A stretch of DNA of 64,000 nt from Polyangiales bacterium (GCA_044229975.1 JBGARZ010000014.1:128001-192000), one strand, 5' to 3'. Counted from the stretch's first letter, positions 38,388 to 48,597 are shown. Notes: generated by a model not told the origin, from the letters alone. Numbers and translations are program-made.

Positions 38388-39923
38388 GTGACATCCCGTC
38401 GACTCGTCCACGTCGCCCTCGCTCCGGTCGTGCTGCTCGCCTGCGCGGCGCAAGACAACGTCGGCTTCGTCGATCGCCTCGACGGAGGCGCCGCGCGTGA
38501 CGCCCGCGTCGACGTCGGCAGAGGCACCGACACCGGTCGCGTCGATCGACCCGTTGCGAACACCGACCAGGGCGTGGTCGTCGCGCCCGAAGACCAGCCC
38601 TCCGTCGAGCCCGCCGACGTGATGAGCGTCTACGACGACGCCTCCGTCCCCGCCGCGGACGGCTGCGCCATGGGCGCCGCCTGCACCCCGCGACCCGACG
38701 GCTGCGAGGCGACCGAGCGCTGCAACAACGGCCTCGACGACAACTGCAACGGCATGAGCGACGAGGCGTGTCCGTGCGTGCCGGGGACGGTGCAGGACTG
38801 CTTCCTCGGGCCGCCCGGACGGCAGGGCGTCGGGCAGTGCCGCGCGGGGACGCAGCGCTGTCAGGGGACGGGGGAGTTCGGGACGTGGTCGGCCTGCGCG
38901 GGTGGCATCTCGCCGGGCGCCGAGTCCTGCGACAGCCTCGACAACAACTGCGACGGCTGCGTGGACGAAGGGCTCTGCTGCCGCTCCGAGCTCTTGTGTC
39001 CGGGGCCGGGCGATCCGCGCGTTCCCGACGGGCGTCCCTTCGGGCTGTATCCGCTGCGCGGCGGGATGTTCTTCGTGGGCGATGTGGCGCGCTGGCAGTG
39101 GACGATCCGCGGTGGTCCGTGTGAGTCCGTGCTCCCGCGGCCGACCTTCGAGACCTACGGGCTCGACACCCGCGACGGTGCCTTCCGTCCAACGCTGTCG
39201 GGCGACTACACCGTCACGCTCACGGTCACCACCCGGCGCGGCGAGACCTTCACCTGCACCTTCGTCGTCCACGTCGCGGGGCCGGGGCTGCGCGTCGAGC
39301 TCTGCTGGGACACCAGCACCACCGTCGACGTCGACCTCTACCTGCACGACCCGCGCAACATGCGGCCGTGGTTCAGCAGCACCGCGGGGCCGCTCACGTC
39401 GACCACCAACGACTCGTGCAACTGGTCCAACTGCGAGTCCAACATCCGCGGGAGCATGGGCCGCGTCTCCTGGGGGTACGCCAACACCCCGCTCGCCAAT
39501 TGCGAAAACGGTCCCTTCGGCGCCGGGTGGCGGGCTCTCGGCTTCTGCGCCAACCCCCGCCTCGACATCGACAACAACCTCTCGAAGGCCATCGGCGTCC
39601 CCGAGAACGTCAACGTCGACGCCCCCCGCGACGGCGAGAGCTTCCGCATCATGGCGCAGAACTTCACCGGCTCCGCGGCGCGCCCCGTGGTCAACGTCTA
39701 CTGCGGCGGTCGCCTCCGCGGGACGCTCGGCGCGGCCCCCGACTCGCTGCCCGACTTCACCGGGTCGTCGGGGCACACCAGCGTCGGGGCGATGTGGCGC
39801 GTGGCGGATGTGGCCGTTCATGTCGACGCGACGGGCGCAACGACGGGCTGCGACGTCACGCCGCTGCACCCGCCGGGGATGCGCGCGGGCTTCGACGTCA
39901 CACGCAACGACCCGCGGTACTGA
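38388..39923 (+). CDS. Cys-rich lipoprotein with MopE-like metal-binding repeats and YfaP/DUF2135-like C-domain
   Basis: ERCNNGLDDNCNG..DE, ESCDSLDNNCDG.VDEG; LRVELCWD...DVDLYL...RLDID..PEN. Confidence 0.8.
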   Translation: MTSRRLVHVALAPVVLLACAAQDNVGFVDRLDGGAARDARVDVGRGTDTGRVDRPVANTDQGVVVAPEDQPSVEPADVMSVYDDASVPAADGCAMGAACTPRPDGCEATERCNNGLDDNCNGMSDEACPCVPGTVQDCFLGPPGRQGVGQCRAGTQRCQGTGEFGTWSACAGGISPGAESCDSLDNNCDGCVDEGLCCRSELLCPGPGDPRVPDGRPFGLYPLRGGMFFVGDVARWQWTIRGGPCESVLPRPTFETYGLDTRDGAFRPTLSGDYTVTLTVTTRRGETFTCTFVVHVAGPGLRVELCWDTSTTVDVDLYLHDPRNMRPWFSSTAGPLTSTTNDSCNWSNCESNIRGSMGRVSWGYANTPLANCENGPFGAGWRALGFCANPRLDIDNNLSKAIGVPENVNVDAPRDGESFRIMAQNFTGSAARPVVNVYCGGRLRGTLGAAPDSLPDFTGSSGHTSVGAMWRVADVAVHVDATGATTGCDVTPLHPPGMRAGFDVTRNDPRY

Positions 39924-39965
39924 CCGCCCCTTGTCGCGAGCGCCCGCGTCTGGAATTCTCCAGGC

Positions 39966-40142
39966 ATGCCGACGTGCCCCGTGTGCAAGGACGAAGTCGA
40001 CTCCCTGAAGGTCGCCAAGGTCGATGGGAAGAAGAAGAAGCTCTGCGAGGACTGCTACGACCGCGCGGTGGAGTCCGACACCATCGCCCAGGAGAGCGAG
40101 TCGGCGGTGCAGTCGATGATGGGGTTCAAGGGAAGGCGCTGA
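39966..40142 (+). CDS. Small CxxC...CxxC zinc-finger protein (58 aa; absent from the ORF track)
   Basis: MPTCPVCKDEVDSLKVAKVDGKKKKLCEDCYDRAVESDTIAQESESAVQSMMGFKGRR*; strongly GC3-biased codons. Confidence 0.8.
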   Translation: MPTCPVCKDEVDSLKVAKVDGKKKKLCEDCYDRAVESDTIAQESESAVQSMMGFKGRR

Positions 40143-40154
40143 GGGAGAGGCGGG

Positions 40155-40988
40155 TCAGGTCGTCGGCTTGTCGTCGGCGACGGTGGCCTTCGCGCGCTTG
40201 CGGGCGACGTGGCGCGTGGGCAGCGCGGGGATGTGGTCGCGCAGCTTCGGGCCCCAGACCGCACCGCCGGCGCGTTCGATCGGGTCGTAGCTGCGGACGA
40301 GCAGCGTGAAGAGGCGGTCGCGGAGGTTGGCGGCCTCACGCTGCGACTCCGTGCGCCGGCTGACGGGCGCGGCGCCAGAGGGCTGGAGCCGCTCACGGAG
40401 CTGGGTGCCGAGCTCCAGGGCGCGCGCGAGGCGCTCCGGGGGCGTTCCGCCGTTGGTGTTCATGATGGGGTGCGCGTTGTGGAGGATCGCGAGGTCCACG
40501 AGGTCCTTCGCGGCGTCGACCGGGCCGGTGCCCTTCGCGATGCGCTTCACCTCGTCGGCCGGGCACTGGCCCGCCAGGACGTGGAAGCGAGCGTTGGAGA
40601 GCAGCAGCTTGCGGAGCTTGCGACCCTCGCGCAGCAGCGTGAGGAGCTCGCCGGTGATGCGCGGGTTGGCCGCGGTGCGGTCGGCGGTGTGGAGGACGGC
40701 GCGGCAGAGCGAGTCGAGCGTCGCGAGGCCCTCCCAATCGAGCTGGTAGCCCGTGGCCTCGACCGCCGCGCGGACCTTCACGATGGCGTCGCGGCCCCGC
40801 AGGGCGTTGTCCATGGCGAGGCGGGCGTCGACGCGGAAGGGGCGAACGTCGGCGGGGGACAGGGCGAGGGCGGCGGCGCGGTGCTGCGCGACGTCGGGGG
40901 AGTTCCCCCTGGCGTCGACGGTGGGGTCCGTGTCGATCACGGACGGGTTGCTGGTGGCGGACGACTGGGATGATTGAACGTTTGCCAT
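40155..40988 (-). CDS. Hypothetical alpha-helical protein
   Basis: ATG 40988 with AGGAGG RBS; host-like codon usage; basic C-terminus. Confidence 0.75.
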   Translation of the reverse strand: MANVQSSQSSATSNPSVIDTDPTVDARGNSPDVAQHRAAALALSPADVRPFRVDARLAMDNALRGRDAIVKVRAAVEATGYQLDWEGLATLDSLCRAVLHTADRTAANPRITGELLTLLREGRKLRKLLLSNARFHVLAGQCPADEVKRIAKGTGPVDAAKDLVDLAILHNAHPIMNTNGGTPPERLARALELGTQLRERLQPSGAAPVSRRTESQREAANLRDRLFTLLVRSYDPIERAGGAVWGPKLRDHIPALPTRHVARKRAKATVADDKPTT

Positions 40989-41075
40989 GATGGCCTCCTG
41001 CCGACCTCTTCGCGGCGGGGCCTGGACGATGTTTCCGGGTCGGTGACGAATTCTGCATCGCGCAGAAACCACGCT

Positions 41076-41281
41076 GGTCTCGTCGGAAGGGTCGAGGCTT
41101 CGAACGAGACCGCGACGGTGACCGCGGGTAGGTCGTGAGCCTCGTGACGTGACTGTGTTGGTCTCATCGGAAGGGTCGAGGCTTCCAACGAGACCGCGAC
41201 AGTGACCGCCGGGCCGCTCAGGTGGCCCAACCGGAGACTGCGCTGGTCTCGTCGGAAGGATCCGAGGCTTCGAACGAGACC
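41076..41281. repeat. Array of three 36-37 bp palindromic repeats at 84-85 bp period
   Basis: GGTCTCGTCGGAAGGGTCGAGGCTTCGAACGAGACC at 41076, variants at 41160 and 41245. Confidence 0.9.
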
Positions 41282-41288
41282 GACGGGG

Positions 41289-42857
41289 TCAGCGCCCCGC
41301 GCGCTCGGCCGCCAGGCGGGCGCGGTCGAGTGTCGGCGCGAGCCTCTCGTCGGCCAGCGTCGCCGCGATGGTCGCGGGCATTCGCCACGTCCAGTTGTGC
41401 GGGCCCACCGTCGAGGGCGTGTTGATGCGGTCGAGCGATCCGACGACGTCCTGCCAGAGCAACAGCACGAGGTCGCTCGCGGCGCCCATCAGCGTCGACA
41501 ACAGCGTGGCGTGCACGGCGTCGCTCCACTCGGCGCCCGCTCCCTGCATCGTGGGCAGCCGCAGGAATGCGTCGCGCTCCCACGTCGGGAGCGAGCGCCA
41601 CCACGAGGCGACCGAGTCGGTGTCGTGCGTCCCGAAGCACGCCACGCTGAGCGCGGGGTACGCGGCTGGATCGCGAAACTTCCCGTTGTCCTGCTCCCAG
41701 CGCAGCACCTTGTAGCCGGGGACGCCGAGGCGCTGGAGCGACGGGCGCACGAAGTCGGGGATGACGCCGAGGTCCTCCGCGATGACGTGGGCGCCGTGGT
41801 GTCGCGCGCCCTCGATCATGGCCGTGAGCACCGCCTCGCCGTGGGCGAGCTGCTCGGGCTCCGTCGGCGGATCGAAGCCTCCCGGGAGAAGCTTGCCCTC
41901 GGCCGAGCGGAGCTGGTCGAGCTTGCGCGAGTACGTCCGGTAGAAGCCCACGAGGTGGTCGACGCGGAAGCGCTCGCCGAGCAGCCCCGCGTACCGCGCC
42001 CGCGCCCGCAGCCAGCGAAAGCCGTTGGTGCGCATCACGGGCCAGTTGTACGGCGGCAGGCCCCACTCCTGGCCCTCGGGGTCGAACTGGTCGCCCGGCA
42101 CGCCGACGCTCGCGTCATCGCGAAACTCGTCGCGCTTCGACCACACGTCCGCGCTGTCGCGACCCACCATGAAGGGCAGGTCGCCCATCAACGACACACC
42201 CTGCTCCGCGAGCCTCGCGCGCGCCTCGGACCACTGCGAGTGAGCGATCCACTGGGCGTACTGATGGCGCTGAACGGCGTCGCGCAGGCGGGCGGCTTCG
42301 TGTTCGAGCTGGGTGGCGTCGCGGTCGCGCATGGCCGCGGGCCACTGCCACCAGGCGGCGCCGCCGTGGTGGTCCTTGAGGGCGCGAAACACCGAGAGGT
42401 CCCAGAGCCAGTCGCCGTGCTCGCGGACGAAGGCGGCGAAGGCGCGGCCGCGCTCGGTGTCGCGCCCGAGGTGCTGCCGACCGAACGACCCGTACGCCGC
42501 GTCGAGCAACCCACGCTTGAGCGAGCGAACGCCCTCGTAGTCGACGGTCGGGCTCGATCGCAGGCGCGCGATGTCGGCGGAACGCTCGTCGAGCGCGGAG
42601 GGCGGCAGGTCTTCGACGGAGGCCCAGCCGATGTACGCCGGGTCGATGCCGAAGGCGCTGAGCGCGCCGTAGGGGGACGTCTCGGCGCCGGACAGCTCGC
42701 CGATGGGGAGGAGCTGGATGAGCCGCAGGCCCGCCCGTCGGGCGAGGGCGCCGGCGTCGGCGAGGTCGGTGATCTCGCCGATGCCCAGCGAGCGGTCGGT
42801 GCGAAGGGAAAACAGCGGGATGGTGAGGCCGGCGAGGCGGGTGCGCGTGGGGTCCAT
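41289..42857 (-). CDS. malQ: 4-alpha-glucanotransferase (amylomaltase, GH77)
   Basis: GDLPFMV..DSADVW, GQEWGLPPY, RVDHLVG, AEDLG, GTHD, RINTP. Confidence 0.95.
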   Translation of the reverse strand: MDPTRTRLAGLTIPLFSLRTDRSLGIGEITDLADAGALARRAGLRLIQLLPIGELSGAETSPYGALSAFGIDPAYIGWASVEDLPPSALDERSADIARLRSSPTVDYEGVRSLKRGLLDAAYGSFGRQHLGRDTERGRAFAAFVREHGDWLWDLSVFRALKDHHGGAAWWQWPAAMRDRDATQLEHEAARLRDAVQRHQYAQWIAHSQWSEARARLAEQGVSLMGDLPFMVGRDSADVWSKRDEFRDDASVGVPGDQFDPEGQEWGLPPYNWPVMRTNGFRWLRARARYAGLLGERFRVDHLVGFYRTYSRKLDQLRSAEGKLLPGGFDPPTEPEQLAHGEAVLTAMIEGARHHGAHVIAEDLGVIPDFVRPSLQRLGVPGYKVLRWEQDNGKFRDPAAYPALSVACFGTHDTDSVASWWRSLPTWERDAFLRLPTMQGAGAEWSDAVHATLLSTLMGAASDLVLLLWQDVVGSLDRINTPSTVGPHNWTWRMPATIAATLADERLAPTLDRARLAAERAGR

Positions 42858-42906
42858 GTGCGGGTTCGTCGGACTCTACCGCGGCGTCGCGGTAGGGTGA
42901 CTCGCG

Positions 42907-43653
42907 ATGAGCGGAGCGACGGTGCTGAGGGCGGAGCTGCTGACGCGGGCAGGGGTTCGACACGGGTTCAGCACGCGCGAAGGAGGCGTGAGCGATGGGG
43001 CGTTTGCGGCGATGAACCTCGCGCGAAACGTGGGCGACGATCCGGAGGCCGTCGCGGAGAACCACCGACGCTTCGCCGAGGCGGTTGGGTACGCGCCCAC
43101 GCGGCTCTTCGAGAGCTCCCAGGTACATGGCGCGCGGGTGCTGCGGGTGGACGGTGCGGAGGTCGCCGCGACGCGCGTCGAGGAGGCCGATGGGCTGATC
43201 TGCACGACGCCGGGTGACGCGGTGGCGGTGCGAGTGGCGGACTGCGTTCCGGTGCTGCTCGCGGCGCCGGGGCGGGGCGTGGTGGCGGCCGTCCACGCGG
43301 GCTGGCGCGGTGTCGCGAAGGGCATCGTGGAGGTGGCGATCGCGGAGATGGGCGCAGACGCTGGTGAGGTGATCGCGGCGGTGGGGCCGTGCATCGGCGG
43401 GTGCTGCTTCGAGGTGGGCGACGAGGTGGCGGCGGAGATCGCGGCGGCGTCGGTGGACTCGGTGGTGGTTCGAAGCGCGGGGGCGAAGCCGAAGGTCGAC
43501 CTGCGGGCGGCGGTGGCGTGGCAGCTACGGCGCGCGGGGGTCGGGGCGGTAGAGCAGGTCGGGGGCTGCACGATGTGCGAGGCCGCGCGGTTTCACTCGT
43601 TTCGGCGCGACGGCAAGGCCAGCGGGCGGTTGCTCGGGGCGATCGTGGCGTAG
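42907..43653 (+). CDS. pgeF: PgeF/YfiH family polyphenol oxidase-like protein
   Basis: FSTREGGVS, QVHG, ADCVPVLL, HAGWRG, GPCIGGCCFEVG, FHSFRR. Confidence 0.95.
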   Translation: MSGATVLRAELLTRAGVRHGFSTREGGVSDGAFAAMNLARNVGDDPEAVAENHRRFAEAVGYAPTRLFESSQVHGARVLRVDGAEVAATRVEEADGLICTTPGDAVAVRVADCVPVLLAAPGRGVVAAVHAGWRGVAKGIVEVAIAEMGADAGEVIAAVGPCIGGCCFEVGDEVAAEIAAASVDSVVVRSAGAKPKVDLRAAVAWQLRRAGVGAVEQVGGCTMCEAARFHSFRRDGKASGRLLGAIVA

Positions 43654-43784
43654 CGGAGATCGTCGGGCGGGGGACGTGCGTTCAAAGGGACTGAAAGAAC
43701 GGGCGTCGAAGGCCGTACTGACGATGATCTTGTTCGGGTGAGGCGCGGATGGTACCCCAAGCCACGAGTCCAGGTTCGAACCCT

Positions 43785-45977
43785 ATGCGCACTTGCCCCG
43801 TCTGCGGTCGGCAGTACGAGCCCCCTGCGCAGTTCTGCCAGGTGGACGGCGTCGCTCTGCGCATCGACGCCCCGTCGGTCGACCCGTACCTCGGGACCAA
43901 GATCCTGGAGCAGTTTCGCCTCGACCGCATCATCGGCGCGGGCGGCATGGGCATCGTCTACGAAGGCTGGAACGAAGCCCTGAGCCGCCGCGTCGCGGTG
44001 AAGATCCTCCACCGCGACCTGGTCACCAACAAGGACATCGTCACGCGCTTCCACCGCGAGGCGCAGATCGCCTCGCAGCTCGACCACCCGGGCATCGTGC
44101 GGGTGATCCTCTTCGGGCAGCTCGCCGACGGAAACCTCTACCTCGTGCTGGAGTTTCTCGAAGGCCCGACGCTCGCCGAGGCGCTGGAGAAGGACGGCTC
44201 GTTTAGCCTCGACCGCGCCGTTCGCACCATGGGGCAGGTCGCCGACGCCATCGGGTATGCCCACCAGAAGGGGATCATCCATCGCGACCTCAAGCCGGAA
44301 AACGTCGTGCTGACGACGCGCGAGGGCGAGGAGATCCCGAAGGTCCTCGACTTCGGCATCGCGAAGTTTCTGGTGGGCGCGGCGTCGTTCGTCACGCAGT
44401 CGGGGCTCATCTTCGGGACGGCGCGGTACATCTCGCCGGAGGGTGCTGCGGGCGAGAAGGTCGACCAGCGCTCGGATGTCTATTCGCTCGGCATCATGAC
44501 CTACGAACTGCTCGCGGGGAGGGCGCCCTTCGAGGCCGACGAGCCGGTGCAGCTCCTCGTGAAGCACATGCACGAAGTGCCCGCGCCGCTGCGGAAGTGG
44601 GGGCCGTCGACGGGCGTTCCGCAGGTGGTCGAAGACGTGGTGATGCGCGCGCTCGCCAAGAACGCCGACGCCCGCCAGGAGAACGCCACCGTCTTCGCCC
44701 GCGCGCTCCGCGAAGCCTTTGCGGAGTGGCAGGGCACGCCGATTCGCAGCGTGGTTCCGACCGCGGCGATGTCGCTCAACGTCACGCGCGACTCGCTGCC
44801 GATGCGTGCGCCCGACACGCTCGCGCCCGCGGAACACGTAGCGACCGTCGCCCCGGAGGCGACCGTGTCCGACCCCGCGCCGGTGGTTCACCCGACGCCC
44901 GTGGTCAACGGCTCGATGCGCGCGGGGACCAACGGCGCGATGGTTCCGGCGCACTCGACGCAACTGCCGCCGCGGGAGGAGTTTCCGGCCGTCGATCCTC
45001 GGGCGGTGACGCCCACGGTGGCCCCGGTGACGGCTGCGCCGGTGCTCTCGACGCCCGCCACGGTGGCGATGCCCGAGCTCGTCGCGGGGCAGGTGATTCC
45101 CGTCGACGACGACATCCGCGTGTCGGGGCTGCCCACGCGTCGACCGAGCCCGCCGCCGCCGATGGACGAGTACGAGCCGCTGCCTCGTCGACGGAGCGCG
45201 TGGCGCTCATTGGGGGTGGTCCTGCTCGCGGCGTCGCTTGCGGCCGGCATGGTGGGCGGCGGCGCGTGGGCGATGCGGGTGTTTCCCTCGCAGCGACGGG
45301 CGGACGACGTCGCGCGGCTCTTGCGGCAGGCCAACGATGCGATGGTCGCCGACCGGCTCTCGCATACGAGCAACGGATACAGCGTCGAGGACTACACCAA
45401 TCAGGTGCTCGCCATCGAGCCGGGCAACGCGCGGGCGCGACAGCTCCGTCGATCGGCGGCCGTGCGGCTCAGCAACGCGGCGACCCAGGCCCGCAACGAC
45501 CACCACCCCGAGCTCGCGATTCCGCTGCTGGAGTCGGCGTTGCGCTTGATGGACGACGCCGCGCTGCGCCAGGAGCTCGTCGCGACCCGGCAGGAAGTGG
45601 AGCAGATGCGCGCCCCGGCGCCGACGCCCGCTCGCCCGCGCCCGACGCCCCGCGCTCCGACGCCAGCGCCCGCGCGCCCGGCGGCGCCCGCGACGGTCGC
45701 TCCGACGACGGCGCCCGCTCCGGCGGCGCGGCCGACGGCGGCAGCGTCCCGGCGACGAGCGGCCAACACTCCGCCGCCCGCTGCTCCGGCCGAGCCCGGG
45801 GTGACGTTTACGCCTGGGAGAAGCGCCGATGCGGCGACGGAAAACACCCAGCAGGTGGTGATTCCGACGCCGTTGGGTCCGTTGCCGGTGACCTTCCCGC
45901 GGCTACCGGTCGAGCCCGAGCCTGAGCCCCCGCCGAGCGAGACGTCCAGCAACACAGCCCACACCGGCGAGTTCTGA
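43785..45977 (+). CDS. Membrane Ser/Thr protein kinase with N-terminal zinc ribbon
   Basis: CPVC..FC..DG, IGAGGMG, VAVK, HRDLKPEN, DFG, TM and C-terminal helical/Pro-rich region. Confidence 0.95.
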   Translation: MRTCPVCGRQYEPPAQFCQVDGVALRIDAPSVDPYLGTKILEQFRLDRIIGAGGMGIVYEGWNEALSRRVAVKILHRDLVTNKDIVTRFHREAQIASQLDHPGIVRVILFGQLADGNLYLVLEFLEGPTLAEALEKDGSFSLDRAVRTMGQVADAIGYAHQKGIIHRDLKPENVVLTTREGEEIPKVLDFGIAKFLVGAASFVTQSGLIFGTARYISPEGAAGEKVDQRSDVYSLGIMTYELLAGRAPFEADEPVQLLVKHMHEVPAPLRKWGPSTGVPQVVEDVVMRALAKNADARQENATVFARALREAFAEWQGTPIRSVVPTAAMSLNVTRDSLPMRAPDTLAPAEHVATVAPEATVSDPAPVVHPTPVVNGSMRAGTNGAMVPAHSTQLPPREEFPAVDPRAVTPTVAPVTAAPVLSTPATVAMPELVAGQVIPVDDDIRVSGLPTRRPSPPPPMDEYEPLPRRRSAWRSLGVVLLAASLAAGMVGGGAWAMRVFPSQRRADDVARLLRQANDAMVADRLSHTSNGYSVEDYTNQVLAIEPGNARARQLRRSAAVRLSNAATQARNDHHPELAIPLLESALRLMDDAALRQELVATRQEVEQMRAPAPTPARPRPTPRAPTPAPARPAAPATVAPTTAPAPAARPTAAASRRRAANTPPPAAPAEPGVTFTPGRSADAATENTQQVVIPTPLGPLPVTFPRLPVEPEPEPPPSETSSNTAHTGEF

Positions 45978-46060
45978 AGCCGGGCCAGCGCGCGCTGGTA
46001 CGGCGCTCGCAAAGGTGTTCTCCGTCGCGGCGTCATCGCCGCCAACCAAGGAGAACCACC

Positions 46061-46321
46061 ATGAGCTTTCTGCTGTTTGCTGTCTTCGGTCTGGTGATCG
46101 GTGCGCTCGCCAAGCTCATCATGCCGGGGCGTGACCCGGGGGGCTTCATCATCACCGCCATCATCGGCATGGTCGGCTCGATGCTCGGCGCCTTCCTCGG
46201 CCGCGCGGCGGGTCTCTACGGCCCCAACACGCAGTCCGCCGGCTGGATCATGTCGATCATCGGCGCGATGGTGCTGCTCGGCATCTACCGCCTGATCGTC
46301 GGGGGCCGCGCCGCGGCGTAG
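46061..46321 (+). CDS. GlsB/YeaQ/YmgE family stress-response membrane protein
   Basis: GLVIGALAKLIMPGRDPGG...SIIGAMVLL; AAGGAG RBS. Confidence 0.92.
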   Translation: MSFLLFAVFGLVIGALAKLIMPGRDPGGFIITAIIGMVGSMLGAFLGRAAGLYGPNTQSAGWIMSIIGAMVLLGIYRLIVGGRAAA

Positions 46322-46519
46322 CGACTGCGACAGCGACCATCGCCTGGACGGGCGCGGCAGAGCGAGATGCTCCGCTGGCGCCCGTCGTCGCATTTGAGGG
46401 CGACGGTCCCACGGGTGGCACGACGCCTGTGCGCCCGCGCACAGCGTGGCGAAGTCGCTGGTCTCCCGACCGGGAGATTTCCGAGAACCCCGCCAAGGAA
46501 CGGGCGTCACACCGTGTCG

Positions 46520-47845
46520 ATGCTCCCCCTCCGGCGACCGCTCCTCGGGCTCCTCGGCTGCCTCATTCTCCACTCCCTCCCGGTCGGCGCGCAGAACGCA
46601 CCTGCGGTCGAGCGCGACGGCGACGACGACCCCGAAGACACGGGCACCGGGCAGCTCCCGACCGCGGGACGCCTCGAACGGGTCGGCCGCGGCCCATCCG
46701 CCCTGCGGCGCATCTGCGACCTCACGCCCTTCCGCGGCGCGCTCTACTCCGCCCACGCGGTGTCATCGCTCGGCTCCGATGGCGCGACCATCCTCCGCTA
46801 CGACCCCGCCGACACACTGCATCCCTTCCGCCTCGCCTTCGACTGGAACCGCCCCGGCCGACCCACCGCTGGCGGCGCCGGTGGACAGGGGTTTCTGCGC
46901 GTCCACTCCATCGGGTCGCGGCTCTTCGTCGCCGACGCCGACCCTCCGTATGGGGGCTTCGGGCTCGTCGATCACGGCACCGAGGGGTACGTCTTCCTCT
47001 CCGACCACGACGGCAACTTCGCCCCGGCGCGCGGTGAGCGCCTGCTGCCTCCCGCGGCACCCGACGCCGCGGGCAGACCCGGCGCAGCGGTGCTCCCGCG
47101 GGCCTACCACGTCATCGACGTCATTCGATATCGCGGGATGACGCTGGCCTCGACGGGGTCGGTTCCGCCGCGTGAGCGCGCGTGGTACGGGGCGTCGCCG
47201 GGAGCGCTGCACATCGCCGACGAGACGCTGCGCCGCTGGACGTACGCCATCGACTACCCCCATCCCTGGCAGAACGGCGTCTGGCGCATCGGCTTCATGG
47301 TGCGCTTCCGCGGGCGTCTCTTCGGAGGGTTGCAGGACTACAATGGTCGGGAGCCCAACGACATGGTGGTGATCGACGCCCCGCCCGGCGCCACGTCGCT
47401 CACCCAGTCGATGCTGCGCGGCGTGCGCGTGACCCCGATGGGCGCCTCACTGACCATGCGATGGTACGTCGATGGAACGACCCTCTACTGGATCGCCTGG
47501 CAGCGGCGGGGAGGCGTTCATTTGTACCGGACGACGGACGGGGATCACTGGTCGGAGGTGGCGCTACCCGCGGGGTCGGGCGCGCCGACGGACATCACGC
47601 GCTGGCGCGACGGCCTGGTGCTGCTGACGACGCAGGGGGTGTGGCGCCTGGACGGCGATGCGCTGCGGCTCATCGCCCCGGTGACGCGGCCGATGGTCGA
47701 CCGCCGGCGGGGTGGGCCCTTCGACCTGGGCGACGGGTTCTGCGCGGCGCCGCTCGCGGTGCTCAACAACACCCTGTACGCGGGCTCGCAGCGGGACGGC
47801 GCGCTGTGGCGGGTGGTCGAGGAGCCTCAGCCCGGCAGCCAGTGA
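46520..47845 (+). CDS. Secreted hypothetical beta-propeller-like protein
   Basis: Signal peptide; repeated blade-like motifs FRGALY, YRGMTL, FRGRLFGG, LNNTLYAG. Confidence 0.65.
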   Translation: MLPLRRPLLGLLGCLILHSLPVGAQNAPAVERDGDDDPEDTGTGQLPTAGRLERVGRGPSALRRICDLTPFRGALYSAHAVSSLGSDGATILRYDPADTLHPFRLAFDWNRPGRPTAGGAGGQGFLRVHSIGSRLFVADADPPYGGFGLVDHGTEGYVFLSDHDGNFAPARGERLLPPAAPDAAGRPGAAVLPRAYHVIDVIRYRGMTLASTGSVPPRERAWYGASPGALHIADETLRRWTYAIDYPHPWQNGVWRIGFMVRFRGRLFGGLQDYNGREPNDMVVIDAPPGATSLTQSMLRGVRVTPMGASLTMRWYVDGTTLYWIAWQRRGGVHLYRTTDGDHWSEVALPAGSGAPTDITRWRDGLVLLTTQGVWRLDGDALRLIAPVTRPMVDRRRGGPFDLGDGFCAAPLAVLNNTLYAGSQRDGALWRVVEEPQPGSQ

Positions 47846-48597
47846 GCTTCGAGCCAGTCGAGGGACACGGGTGCCTCGCGTAGCGCGCGGTCGACGGCGC
47901 GCACCTTCTCGTCGGGAGCGAGCGCGCTCGCGGCGTACGCACGGGCGTAGAGAATCCAGTTGGACAGCTCGTAGTGGTGAAGCAGCGCGATGAAGCGGTG
48001 GCTGCTGAAGCGTTCGAGGGCGGCGGTGGCCTCGTCGACGGTGGATGCGTGGACGAGCGACGACGCGACGTCGAAGAGCAGGGCGCGGAGGTCTTCGAAG
48101 GCGCGCTCGGGGTCGTCGGCGACGGCGGTGAGCAGCTCCTCGAAGTCCTCGTCGGACATCCCGGCGCGGCTGGCGGCCTCGGCCATGGCGGGAACCTGCG
48201 TTTCGAGGAAGTCGCAGGGCGGGCGACCGAGCGTGCGGCCCACGAGGTAGAGGTCGAAGGCGCTCGCGATGGACTCACCCAGGAAGAGCGCGTCGGCGCT
48301 CATGCCGTTGGCACCGAGGGCCTTGCGAGCGGCGTGGTGCCACGCGACGTGACAGACGACGTCCGCGTCGAGCGTGTCGTCGACGAGGACGTCGCTGGGG
48401 TTGGAGGCGTTCCAGAAGGTGAGGTTGAGGAAGAGGGCGCGGTCCCACGAGGCGTGGGGGGAGCCCGGCGCCGGGACGCGGAAGCGGAGCCCGTCGGCGC
48501 GCACCATCTGCTTGAGCGTGTCGTAGAGGCCGATGTGGCGGAGGGCGGGCTCGTCGCGGAGCGTGAGGTCATCGAGGGTGAGGGTGCGCAGTGCCAT
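47827..48597 (-). CDS. Hypothetical protein with degenerate gluzincin-like motif
   Basis: CHVAWHH followed about 20 aa later by GESIASAFD. Confidence 0.65.
   Translation of the reverse strand: MALRTLTLDDLTLRDEPALRHIGLYDTLKQMVRADGLRFRVPAPGSPHASWDRALFLNLTFWNASNPSDVLVDDTLDADVVCHVAWHHAARKALGANGMSADALFLGESIASAFDLYLVGRTLGRPPCDFLETQVPAMAEAASRAGMSDEDFEELLTAVADDPERAFEDLRALLFDVASSLVHASTVDEATAALERFSSHRFIALLHHYELSNWILYARAYAASALAPDEKVRAVDRALREAPVSLDWLEAHWLPG

Noticed and set aside
41076..41281. Canonical CRISPR array (36-bp repeats)
   Set aside because: Only three repeats, the intervals share sequence at both edges, and no cas genes or AT-rich leader; kept as a non-CRISPR repeat finding
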